Source: Chitinophagaceae bacterium (lineage in GTDB: Bacteria; Bacteroidota; Bacteroidia; Chitinophagales; UBA10324). Taken from it: a DNA stretch of 64,000 nt. How positions within the stretch are numbered: position 1 is the stretch's first letter; every line of letters begins with the position of its first letter. Shown here piece after piece: positions 1 to 7,944 of this stretch. Under the pieces are notes generated by a model. The model worked only from the letters and a program-made list of their open reading frames with translations. It had not been told where the DNA came from and ran no database searches. The stretch covers positions 4,935-68,934 of the forward strand of contig CANIPU010000011.1 of the NCBI GenBank assembly GCA_947469485.1. The letters run 5' to 3'. Both the position numbers and the translations under genes were made by a program.

Positions 1-1
1 T

Positions 2-940
2 ACCCTGCAAACAGGTGTAACAAGTTTGCTGGTTTATTTCAATGCAACTGCTCCGGGGACTCCAACAGGAATTACTGTTAGTGGTATTGCAGTAAATAAT
101 ATGCTTAACTATGGGTACTGGACCATGACTCCAAACTCAGCAATGACAGGTGGTTCATATGCATCAACCGGTTTGCTAACAGGATATACAAACACCGGAC
201 TAAATGCTAATACAAATTATTATTTACTCAAGCGTGCAAATTCATCAAGTGCATGGCAGGCCCTTGGAACACAAATAACTGTTAGTGGTCAGTCAAGTGG
301 CAATCCATTACAATTTGCTTCATCCGGATTAACAGGCTTCTCCGATTTCGGTGGCGGATACGGCGGTGGAAGCACATTGCCAATTTCTCTTTCATCGTTC
401 ACTGTAAGTTTGGTTGATAACGAATATGTAAATCTCGAATGGATTACCTCAGCAGAGTTGAACAACGAATATTTTAATGTAGAGCGAAGCGCTGATGGAA
501 AAGATTTTGAAACAATAGGAAGAGTTGAAGGTCATGGAACAAGCCTTGTTAAAAATGAATACAGTTTCAAAGACGAAACTCCTTTAGAAGGCACCTCATA
601 TTACAGATTAAAACAAGTTGACTTTGATGGTCCGTTTTCATATAGTCCGATTCAATCGCTTAACAATGCTCAGGTTGTTCTAACAGCCGACGATGTTAAT
701 GTGTTTCCTAATCCCGCAACTACAGAAATTAATGTGGCGGTTCAAATCAAAAAAGAAGGTGACCAGGAAATTCAGATTATTGATTTATCAGGCAGAGTGG
801 TTTACAGTCAATCACAAAGTTTTTACGAAGGACAAAACCAATTTAAATTGCCACTCGATAATTTACCAACCGGATTTTACTTTGTAAAGTTTGGTGCTGA
901 AGGACAAACTCCGGTACTGAAAAAGTTTTTAAAGAATTAA
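2..940 (+). CDS. T9SS-secreted surface protein, 5' end outside the window (YGYWT module + pre-CTD module + type A T9SS C-terminal sorting domain)
   Basis: The frame is open from nt 2; the track start at 26 is only the first TTG. The C-terminal ~80 aa (VFPNPATTEINV...LPTGFYFVKF...KKFLKN) follow the Por-secretion-tail pattern seen in other proteins here. Confidence 0.8.
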   Translation, partial: TLQTGVTSLLVYFNATAPGTPTGITVSGIAVNNMLNYGYWTMTPNSAMTGGSYASTGLLTGYTNTGLNANTNYYLLKRANSSSAWQALGTQITVSGQSSGNPLQFASSGLTGFSDFGGGYGGGSTLPISLSSFTVSLVDNEYVNLEWITSAELNNEYFNVERSADGKDFETIGRVEGHGTSLVKNEYSFKDETPLEGTSYYRLKQVDFDGPFSYSPIQSLNNAQVVLTADDVNVFPNPATTEINVAVQIKKEGDQEIQIIDLSGRVVYSQSQSFYEGQNQFKLPLDNLPTGFYFVKFGAEGQTPVLKKFLKN

Positions 941-960
941 AAATTCAGAATTTTAAAAAA

Positions 961-989
961 AAAGGCGGCCCATCTGGTCGCCTTTTTTT
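961..989 (+). terminator. Rho-independent terminator after the first surface-protein gene
   Basis: Stem AAAGGCGGCC-catct-GGTCGCCTTT with one G-U pair, an A-run before it and a T-run after it, about 20 nt past the stop codon. Confidence 0.7.
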
Positions 990-1108
990 ATATGCTTTCT
1001 GCCAAATTTTTGATTAAAGTCCAGCAATTGCTCGTTTTATTCAGTTAAATCTGCAAACGAAACAATAAGAGTTTCAATAAGTAATGAGGTGCAATAAAAC
1101 ACCAAGTT

Positions 1109-3448
1109 ATGTCAGTTCAAAATGAAAACAGACTGCAGTTTGTTACAAAAACTGCTGTTAAAACTCAAACAAAAACACGATTAATTATTGGCGGCAGTAT
1201 GCTCGCCGTTGCTCTGTTATTCGGCATCAGTGTTTTCATGTTTGGAAATTTTGGAAACAACACCGAATCGCTTGCAGCAGCAAATCAGAAAAATGGCTCC
1301 AACAATTCAATTGCTCCAGAAGGTCCCTCAAGAATAAAAGTTTCAGTTCGTGAGAATCAGATTTCACTTAGCTGGACAAACATTATTGCTAAGAAAAAAA
1401 CAGAGGAAACTCTAACAACTGGGATTTTAATTCTTCGCAGGCAAGGATTGATTTGCGAAGATCAACCGTTGGATGCGTCTTTTTCAGCTGAAGCTAAAAC
1501 CTCGTACAACGGATGGGATATAGTTTATTACGGAAGTCTGATTTCAAATTTCAAAGATGAAAAAGCTCTTTCCGGAACTTTTACTTACTTGATTTATGAA
1601 AGAAACAATGAAGTAAATTTTTCAGATGCAAAGGATGCCGCACGGATTTTTGTGTTGAATGGAAATAATATTTCAGAAAACTTAAATGCCAATGTAAAAC
1701 TGGATGGATTATATATTCCGGAAAACAGCACTTTAACTATTGAAGAAGAAGCAACTCTTGCATTTGATAGAACTTCTTCAGTTGATGTTTCAGGAAAAAT
1801 AGTTTTGAAAGGAGAATTAAAAAATGAAACCACCTTTTTGACCTTTAAAAATGGATCGCAATTTATTTATGCTCGAAATGAAAATGCCAAATATGGAATT
1901 CCAAAGGCAACCTGGGAATCGGGTGCGAATTGTATAATAACCGGTGTATTCCATAATCTACCTGATAATTTAAGCCAGTCCTTCGGAAATTTTGTTTGGG
2001 ATTGCCCCAATCAAAATGTCGATTTAACAATACCTGCAGAATTTACTGTGAATGGGAGTTTAGAAATAAAATCAACAGGTTCTTCCGACAAGTCAATTGC
2101 TTTCTCCGGAACATCAACACTAAATGGTGATGCGGTTGTTTATGATAATGCTAAAATTGAAACAAAGAACAAAAGCAATATTATTTTCAATGGAAAAGCA
2201 CAGCAAAGCATTCGTGGCCAATGGAATTTACAAAATGTAACCTTCAACAATCCAGTGGGATTTAGTATTGATGGAAATGTATCGGTTAACAAAACGATTG
2301 AACTTGTTAATGGTAAAATCAATTTTCTTAACAATGCTTCATTAAAAATTGGTGATGAGGTAACTATTAACAGAACCAATGGTTCATTGTCAGGTGAGCC
2401 GGTTTTTGCGGGAACTTACAACCTGAATTATTTCGCACCATGCATTACAGGCGAAGAACTTTCAACTTCAAACATTGCATTAGCCAATCTTAAAATTAAT
2501 TGCGATGGAAATGTTGTTCTGAGCAAAACTGTTTTTGTAAATAATTCACTGGAATTTTTAAAAGGAAAAATTGTAACCGGAAACTATAATGTAAATCTGA
2601 AAAACAATGCAGAGAAAAGTTTGAAAGGATATTCATCGGCCGGATATGTAGTCGGAAATTTAAGAAGAGCAGTGGATGGAAAAGGTGTTTACGACTTCCC
2701 TGTTGGAACTTCAGGAAATTATGAATTACTGAATATTAAGTTGTCAAAAACTGAAGGGTTTACAAATATTCTTGCGCATTTCACAAAAGAAAATCCCGAC
2801 GAACAACCAATGGCGGAAATAAGATTGAATGGTTCATTGGTAAGCAGCACCCTTGATTATGGCTATTGGACTTTAACACCAAATGGTGAAATAACTTCAG
2901 GTAATTATGCTGTTACGCTCAATGCAAAAGGGCAAAGCAATCATGCAAAAAGCGAAAGGTGTTATTGTATTCTGAACAGGCAAAATAATTCTTCACCTTG
3001 GAATTTAAATGGAATTCATTCCATGAAAACACAACATGTGAGTCAAGGAACTGTAACTGCAGCGCGAACCCGGGTAACTTCAATGGGAGATTTTACAATT
3101 GGCTTCAGTGATGCAGCTTTATTACTTTATCAATCTTCATTTAGCGCAACTTTGATTGATAAAAAATTTACCGACTTAACATGGCGCACTTCGGTTGAAG
3201 TAAAATATTCTTCACTAATTGCTGAAAGAAGTTCCAATGCAAATGACTTCGTGTCTCTTGGGGAGTTAATTCCTGAAGAAACTAACACAAGTTCCATTGA
3301 ATACAATTTGAGAGATTCAAATCCAATCCCAGGAAAATCATTTTACAGGATTAAACAAATTGATGCAGACGGAAAAATATCTTACTCCAATATCAGTTTT
3401 GTCAATAATGAATCCGGAACTCAGGCTTCGTTAAATACAGAAAAGTAA
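1109..3448 (+). CDS. Large membrane-anchored surface protein (signal-anchor, FN3-like and beta-helix-like region, YGYWT module, pre-CTD module, no T9SS CTD)
   Basis: ATG at 1109. Hydrophobic span LIIGGSMLAVALLFGISVFMF near aa 25-45. The last ~100 aa align with the module found upstream of the CTD in the neighbouring genes (FYRIKQIDADGKISYS), but the ORF stops ~12 aa after it. Confidence 0.75.
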   Translation: MSVQNENRLQFVTKTAVKTQTKTRLIIGGSMLAVALLFGISVFMFGNFGNNTESLAAANQKNGSNNSIAPEGPSRIKVSVRENQISLSWTNIIAKKKTEETLTTGILILRRQGLICEDQPLDASFSAEAKTSYNGWDIVYYGSLISNFKDEKALSGTFTYLIYERNNEVNFSDAKDAARIFVLNGNNISENLNANVKLDGLYIPENSTLTIEEEATLAFDRTSSVDVSGKIVLKGELKNETTFLTFKNGSQFIYARNENAKYGIPKATWESGANCIITGVFHNLPDNLSQSFGNFVWDCPNQNVDLTIPAEFTVNGSLEIKSTGSSDKSIAFSGTSTLNGDAVVYDNAKIETKNKSNIIFNGKAQQSIRGQWNLQNVTFNNPVGFSIDGNVSVNKTIELVNGKINFLNNASLKIGDEVTINRTNGSLSGEPVFAGTYNLNYFAPCITGEELSTSNIALANLKINCDGNVVLSKTVFVNNSLEFLKGKIVTGNYNVNLKNNAEKSLKGYSSAGYVVGNLRRAVDGKGVYDFPVGTSGNYELLNIKLSKTEGFTNILAHFTKENPDEQPMAEIRLNGSLVSSTLDYGYWTLTPNGEITSGNYAVTLNAKGQSNHAKSERCYCILNRQNNSSPWNLNGIHSMKTQHVSQGTVTAARTRVTSMGDFTIGFSDAALLLYQSSFSATLIDKKFTDLTWRTSVEVKYSSLIAERSSNANDFVSLGELIPEETNTSSIEYNLRDSNPIPGKSFYRIKQIDADGKISYSNISFVNNESGTQASLNTEK

Positions 3449-3495
3449 ATATCAACCTGGATTATTTATCTGTACCACAACAAGAAAAAACACTC

Positions 3496-6400
3496 ATGAA
3501 AAAGCTAAATAAAATCACCACTAAATTTCTGCTAGTGACTGCAGTTATCATTACATTTTCATTTTGGAATAATAATTCATTTGCTCAATGTAACAGCTCC
3601 ACTCAGAATGCTTCAGTAGCTTCTAACAATACAGGATCAACACAAACATGGTCGCAAAATGCAAACAGCCACCAAACATTAACCGGCGTAACAAATGGAT
3701 CAGTTTATAAAGTAAGTTCATCAAGTTCTGATTTTCTTACCGTAAAGACTGGAAGTGCTGGTAGTGGTGGAACTGTAATTACAAGTGGAACTTCTCCGGT
3801 AACTTTTACAGCAACAGCAACTACTATCTATGTGGTGGTTAGAACAAATTCCTCTTGTAATACTTCAAACGGCTCTAGAACAATTTCCTGGTCAGCTAAA
3901 CCAACAATAACAAGTATTTCAGCAAGTGCATGTGCAGGAAGTACAGCAACAATTACTGGTACAGCCTTTTCAGGCGTGTCATCTATTTCAGTCAACGGAA
4001 CCAATGCCCCAACTTTTTCAATTGTATCATCTTCATCAATTACAGTTACAATTCCGGCGAGTGCAACAACCGGAACAATTTCAGTTACAGGACCTGGTGG
4101 AACAGCAACAAGCGGATCATCAATAACTGTTAATGCAAAACCCGCAGATAATGCAGGTATTGACAAGTCCTTTTGTACAGGATCAAACACAACAATTGGC
4201 GCTGCGTCCACAGCAGGTCGTACTTATAGCTGGTCCCCTTCAACAGGGCTAAGCAGTTCTACAGTTTCAAATCCAACAGTTTCACCAGCATCAACCACCA
4301 CATACAATTTAACTGAAACAATTACAGCTACAGGCTGTTCTGCTACAAATTCAACTGTAGTTACAGTCAATCCCTTGCCATCAAATAATAGTGGTGGAAA
4401 TAAAACTATTTGTAATGGTTCAAGTACTTCAATCGGAGCTTCAAGCACTTCCGGAAGAACTTATAGCTGGAGTCCTTCAACCGGGTTAACAAATTCAACA
4501 TCAGCCAACCCAACTGCAAGTTCAACCACTACAACAACTTACACACTTACTGAAACAATTACAGCAACCGGATGCTCATCTTCGAATAGTATGGTTGTTA
4601 CAGTAAATGCAGCGCCGGTTCTAAAAACTCCTTACGGAGCTACAAGTATATGTTCAGGAAATTCAGTTAATATTTCAATTGATAATTCTGAAGTTGGGGT
4701 CAATTACCAGTTAAGAAATAATAGCGGCAATACCAATGTTGGAGCTCCGGTTGCAGGAACTGGAGGCACTATTAATTTTCCAACAGGCACATTGTCTTCT
4801 TCAACAACATACAATGTACTTGCAACAAAAACTTCAACTTCATGCAGTTTGCAAATGACCGGAACCATTACAATAACTGCAAACGCACTTCCCGGAAATA
4901 ATTCCGGTGGCAATAAAACAGTATGTGGCACGGGAAACAGTGTGTCTCTAGGGTCAGCAAGCACAGCAGGTCGAACTTATAGCTGGAGTCCAGCAACATT
5001 TTTAAACAATGCAGCTATTTCAAATCCAACATGCACTCCTACCACTACTACTACTTACACTTTAACTGAAACAATAACAGCAACAGGTTGTTCCGCAACC
5101 AATTCAATTGTTGTAACACTTAGTTCTGTTCCTTCTGTTTCTATAACTCCGAATTATTGTAATGGTGGAGGTAATGTTCAATTAACTGCTTCAGCAGGAA
5201 CATCTTACTTATGGAGTACCGGAGCAACAACAAATGCAATGAATGTTGATATGGCAGGAACATACGGGGTAACTGTTACAAATGTTTCCGGTTGCACAGG
5301 CTCTTCTTCTTATTTAGTAGCACTTGAACTTGTCGTTAACGGAGATTTTTCTGCAGGAAATATTGGATTTACAACTTCATATACTTATACCGCCGATGTA
5401 ACAGGAAATTCGGAATTGGTTCCTGAGGGTTTGTATTCTGTTGGAACCAATGCAAATAATTATCACAGTTTGTTCTTCGGTAAAGACCATACTACCGGAA
5501 CAGGAAATTTTATGATTGTGAATGGTTCAACATCAGCTACACCAGTAACAGTATGGCAGGAGAATATTACGGTGATACCAAATACAATCTATTATTTCTC
5601 AGCCTATGCAAGAAGTGTAAATAATGTTGGACCATTTGCACAGCTTAAGTTTGCAATGGATGGAGTAGTTATTGGAACAACTGCTGTTTTACCAGCAGGA
5701 GTAAACACAACTGCCGGTCCTTTTACATGGACCAGATTTTATGCGTATTGGAATTCAGGTTCATCTACATCAGCTACAGTTTCTATTGAGGATTTACAGA
5801 CTGCAGCCGGAGGGAATGATTTTGCGTTGGATGATATTTCATGCAGCACACTTTCAACCGTTCCATTAACAGTAACACCAACTACTAACAGTCCGGTTTG
5901 CGCAGGGAATGCTTTAACAATTAATGCTAATGTTCTTGGCGGGGAATATCCAATGACCTATTCATGGTCTGGGCCAAATTCCTTTATATCTAGTTCTGTA
6001 TCAAATACAGTTTCAAGTCCTACGGCATTAAATTCAGGAGTGTATAGTGTAACAGTAACAGATGCTCATTCGTGCGTGGTAACAGGAAGCACATCAAGTG
6101 CAACAATAAATTCATTACCAACAGATATAACTCCAAGTGGAACTGTAACCATCAACCCTGGAACATCAACCAGTGTAGTGGTAGCAGGTTCTCAGATTGG
6201 TGTGGATTACCAATTAAGAAATAATATCGGCAATGTAAATGTAGGTACTCCGGTTGCAGGCACTGGGGGAACCATTAATTTACCTACAGGCAATTTAATA
6301 ATAACAACAACCTTTAATGTACTTGCAAGCAATGCAACCACAACATGTATAAAACCTTTAACAACAACTATTACAGTTACTGTAGGATCAACTTTACCAA

Positions 6401-6972
6401 TTAAATTGTTAAGTTTTACTGCTGAAAAATTTAATGCAGATAAAGATGTATTACTGAAATGGAGCACAGCTTCTGAAGAAAACAACGACCACTTTGAAGT
6501 GGAGGCAGCAACAGAAAACGGATCAGATGGAAAACTTAAATTCATAAAAATTGGTGAAGTGGTTGGTGCAGGAACCTCTTATTCTCAATTAGATTATTCT
6601 TTGATTGATACATCATCAATTAAATCAGGAATCTGGTATTATCGTTTAAAACAAGTTGACTTTGATAAAACAACTACTTATTCTGAAATAGAGGTGTTGC
6701 AATTCAACAGTACAAATATTCAACTAACTCAACTGTATCCAAACCCTGTAAGTGACCGTTTGTTTTTTAATGTTGCTTCTCCGGATGATCGTCAAGTGGA
6801 AATTTCAATTAACAATATTGCAGGACAAAAGGTGTTTCTGGAAACCCTGGATTTAACCCCAGGAAACAATTCATTTACATTTGACTTAAGTGAATTAACA
6901 AGCGGTCTTTATCTCTTTAATTTACAAGGAGGAACTGATATTCAATTACAACAAAAATTCAACAAAAATTAG
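3496..6972 (+). CDS. 1158-aa mosaic T9SS cargo, adhesin-like (IPT/TIG-like, 3x YSWSP Ig-like repeats, 2x YQLRNN repeats, jelly-roll/CBM-like domain, pre-CTD module, type A CTD)
   Basis: Signal peptide MKKLNKITTKFLLVTAVIITFSFWNNNSFA. Ser/Thr-rich repeats. The central domain ends GNDFALDDIS. The C-terminus YPNPVSDRLFFNV...GLYLFNLQ...QKFNKN is a type A CTD. Confidence 0.85.
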   Translation: MKKLNKITTKFLLVTAVIITFSFWNNNSFAQCNSSTQNASVASNNTGSTQTWSQNANSHQTLTGVTNGSVYKVSSSSSDFLTVKTGSAGSGGTVITSGTSPVTFTATATTIYVVVRTNSSCNTSNGSRTISWSAKPTITSISASACAGSTATITGTAFSGVSSISVNGTNAPTFSIVSSSSITVTIPASATTGTISVTGPGGTATSGSSITVNAKPADNAGIDKSFCTGSNTTIGAASTAGRTYSWSPSTGLSSSTVSNPTVSPASTTTYNLTETITATGCSATNSTVVTVNPLPSNNSGGNKTICNGSSTSIGASSTSGRTYSWSPSTGLTNSTSANPTASSTTTTTYTLTETITATGCSSSNSMVVTVNAAPVLKTPYGATSICSGNSVNISIDNSEVGVNYQLRNNSGNTNVGAPVAGTGGTINFPTGTLSSSTTYNVLATKTSTSCSLQMTGTITITANALPGNNSGGNKTVCGTGNSVSLGSASTAGRTYSWSPATFLNNAAISNPTCTPTTTTTYTLTETITATGCSATNSIVVTLSSVPSVSITPNYCNGGGNVQLTASAGTSYLWSTGATTNAMNVDMAGTYGVTVTNVSGCTGSSSYLVALELVVNGDFSAGNIGFTTSYTYTADVTGNSELVPEGLYSVGTNANNYHSLFFGKDHTTGTGNFMIVNGSTSATPVTVWQENITVIPNTIYYFSAYARSVNNVGPFAQLKFAMDGVVIGTTAVLPAGVNTTAGPFTWTRFYAYWNSGSSTSATVSIEDLQTAAGGNDFALDDISCSTLSTVPLTVTPTTNSPVCAGNALTINANVLGGEYPMTYSWSGPNSFISSSVSNTVSSPTALNSGVYSVTVTDAHSCVVTGSTSSATINSLPTDITPSGTVTINPGTSTSVVVAGSQIGVDYQLRNNIGNVNVGTPVAGTGGTINLPTGNLIITTTFNVLASNATTTCIKPLTTTITVTVGSTLPIKLLSFTAEKFNADKDVLLKWSTASEENNDHFEVEAATENGSDGKLKFIKIGEVVGAGTSYSQLDYSLIDTSSIKSGIWYYRLKQVDFDKTTTYSEIEVLQFNSTNIQLTQLYPNPVSDRLFFNVASPDDRQVEISINNIAGQKVFLETLDLTPGNNSFTFDLSELTSGLYLFNLQGGTDIQLQQKFNKN
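4150..4380 (+). repeat. Intragenic repeat A, copy 1 of 3 (~77 aa, GRTYSWSPSTGL...TTTYxLTETITATGCS)
   Basis: Protein and DNA similarity to 4381-4617 and 4894-5133. The shared string acttatagctgg occurs at about 4220, 4459 and 4973. Confidence 0.85.
4381..4617 (+). repeat. Intragenic repeat A, copy 2 of 3
   Basis: SNNSGGNKTICNGSSTSIGASSTSGRTYSWSPSTGL...TYTLTETITATGCSSSNSMVVTVNAAP lies directly tandem to copy 1. Confidence 0.85.
4696..4878 (+). repeat. Intragenic repeat B, copy 1 of 2 (GVNYQLRNNSGNTNVGAPVAGTGGTINFPTG...)
   Basis: About 61 aa, repeated at 6199-6381. The two antisense shadow ORFs in the track end with near-identical peptides (..VPPVPATG.PT..LP.LFLNW), which reflects the DNA repeat. 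Confidence 0.85.
4894..5133 (+). repeat. Intragenic repeat A, copy 3 of 3
   Basis: GNNSGGNKTVCGTGNSVSLGSASTAGRTYSWSPATFL...TYTLTETITATGCSATNSIVVTLSSVP. It is separated from copy 2 by repeat B copy 1. Confidence 0.85.
6199..6381 (+). repeat. Intragenic repeat B, copy 2 of 2 (GVDYQLRNNIGNVNVGTPVAGTGGTINLPTG...)
   Basis: It matches 4696-4878 at the protein level and largely at the DNA level (ccggttgcagg, attaat). Confidence 0.85.
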
Positions 6973-7017
6973 TCTGATTTACAGAAGTATACTTATTTAA
7001 TAATATGAATCAATTAA

Positions 7018-7050
7018 GAAAGGCAATCCATTTGATTGCCTTTCTCATTT
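7018..7050 (+). terminator. Rho-independent terminator after the 1158-aa gene
   Basis: Perfect 11-bp stem GAAAGGCAATC-cattt-GATTGCCTTTC followed by a T-rich tail, ~45 nt after the stop. Confidence 0.8.
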
Positions 7051-7104
7051 CAGAAACATTTTAAGTTTCATCGTGTAAAGAACAGTGAATAAAAGAGTCA
7101 ATTT

Positions 7105-7824
7105 ATGAAACTTAAACTTTTACAACTCTCTAAACTAAAACTATCCCTAAAACAGAAAATACTATATATTGCAGTTGTATCAATATTATTAATTGGCACA
7201 TCAACAGGTTTAATTATTTATTTTAATTCAATAACACAATCATCCAAAGCAAGTACATTACCTACAGAAATTGCTCTTTTTACCGCAACACTAAATAATA
7301 CCGGCACTACTGTTCAGGTTTATTGGGTCACAGAATCGGAGTTAAATTGTGATTTCTTCACCATCCAGCGAAGTGCAAACGGAATTGATTACTCTCAATT
7401 GACTGAAATTGCAGGTGCCGGAACTTCAAATACCCAGTTAAATTACACTTATAATGATATGCACCCACTAACAGGTATTTCATATTACCGATTAAAGTAC
7501 ACCGACATTGGCGGAGAATATCATTACGGCGCAATACAATCAGTAAATAATGAATTTACTCCTCCCGCTAACAATATAAATGTTTATCCGATTCCAGCTT
7601 CGAATTGTGTTTATGTTGATGTAAACGCCTATAGCCTATCAACTTCTCAAATAGTGGTTGTAAGTATTACCGGAAAAATTTCAAAAAGTATAACAGTTGA
7701 TTTAAAAGAAGGAAAAAATAAAATAAAAATAGATATCAATGATTTACCTAACGGAATATATTTTGTGAATCTGCAAGATCCGTCTGGCAATAAGATTTCG
7801 CAAAAAATGATAAAAGCATTGTAA
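7105..7824 (+). CDS. Small T9SS protein: N-terminal signal-anchor + pre-CTD module + type A CTD
   Basis: 239 aa. Hydrophobic span ILYIAVVSILLIGTSTGLIIYF. Module LPTEIALFTATL...FFTIQRSANGIDY...SYYRLKYTDIGGEYHYG. CTD VYPIPASNCVYVDV...GIYFVNLQ... Confidence 0.75.
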   Translation: MKLKLLQLSKLKLSLKQKILYIAVVSILLIGTSTGLIIYFNSITQSSKASTLPTEIALFTATLNNTGTTVQVYWVTESELNCDFFTIQRSANGIDYSQLTEIAGAGTSNTQLNYTYNDMHPLTGISYYRLKYTDIGGEYHYGAIQSVNNEFTPPANNINVYPIPASNCVYVDVNAYSLSTSQIVVVSITGKISKSITVDLKEGKNKIKIDINDLPNGIYFVNLQDPSGNKISQKMIKAL

Positions 7825-7844
7825 ATTAATTTAACCTGAATTTT

Positions 7845-7878
7845 AAAAGCTTTCGGAAGTGATTTCGGAAGCTTTTTT
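7845..7878 (+). terminator. Possible weak terminator
   Basis: AAAAGCTT...AAGCTTTT 8-bp stem with a 16-nt loop that contains TTTCGGAAG twice, followed by TTTT. Confidence 0.4.
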
Positions 7879-7944
7879 ATTAAAAAAAAGAAGTTGTCAA
7901 CCCAAACTAAAACACTTCCTTCTTTTGCTTTCTTTGCAGTCACT

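Noticed and set aside
4696-6381. Idea that the two B repeats are a template/variable repeat pair of a diversity-generating retroelement
   Set aside because: No reverse transcriptase gene is present in the window. By eye the differences between copies involve all nucleotide types rather than adenine-specific changes, and both copies are in-frame parts of one protein.
3828-6545. Several 60-130-aa ORFs on other frames and strands within the 1158-aa surface-protein gene
   Set aside because: They arise from the Ser/Thr/Gly-rich repetitive coding sequence. Two of them simply mirror the B repeat. The sense-frame protein has a signal peptide, domains and a CTD.
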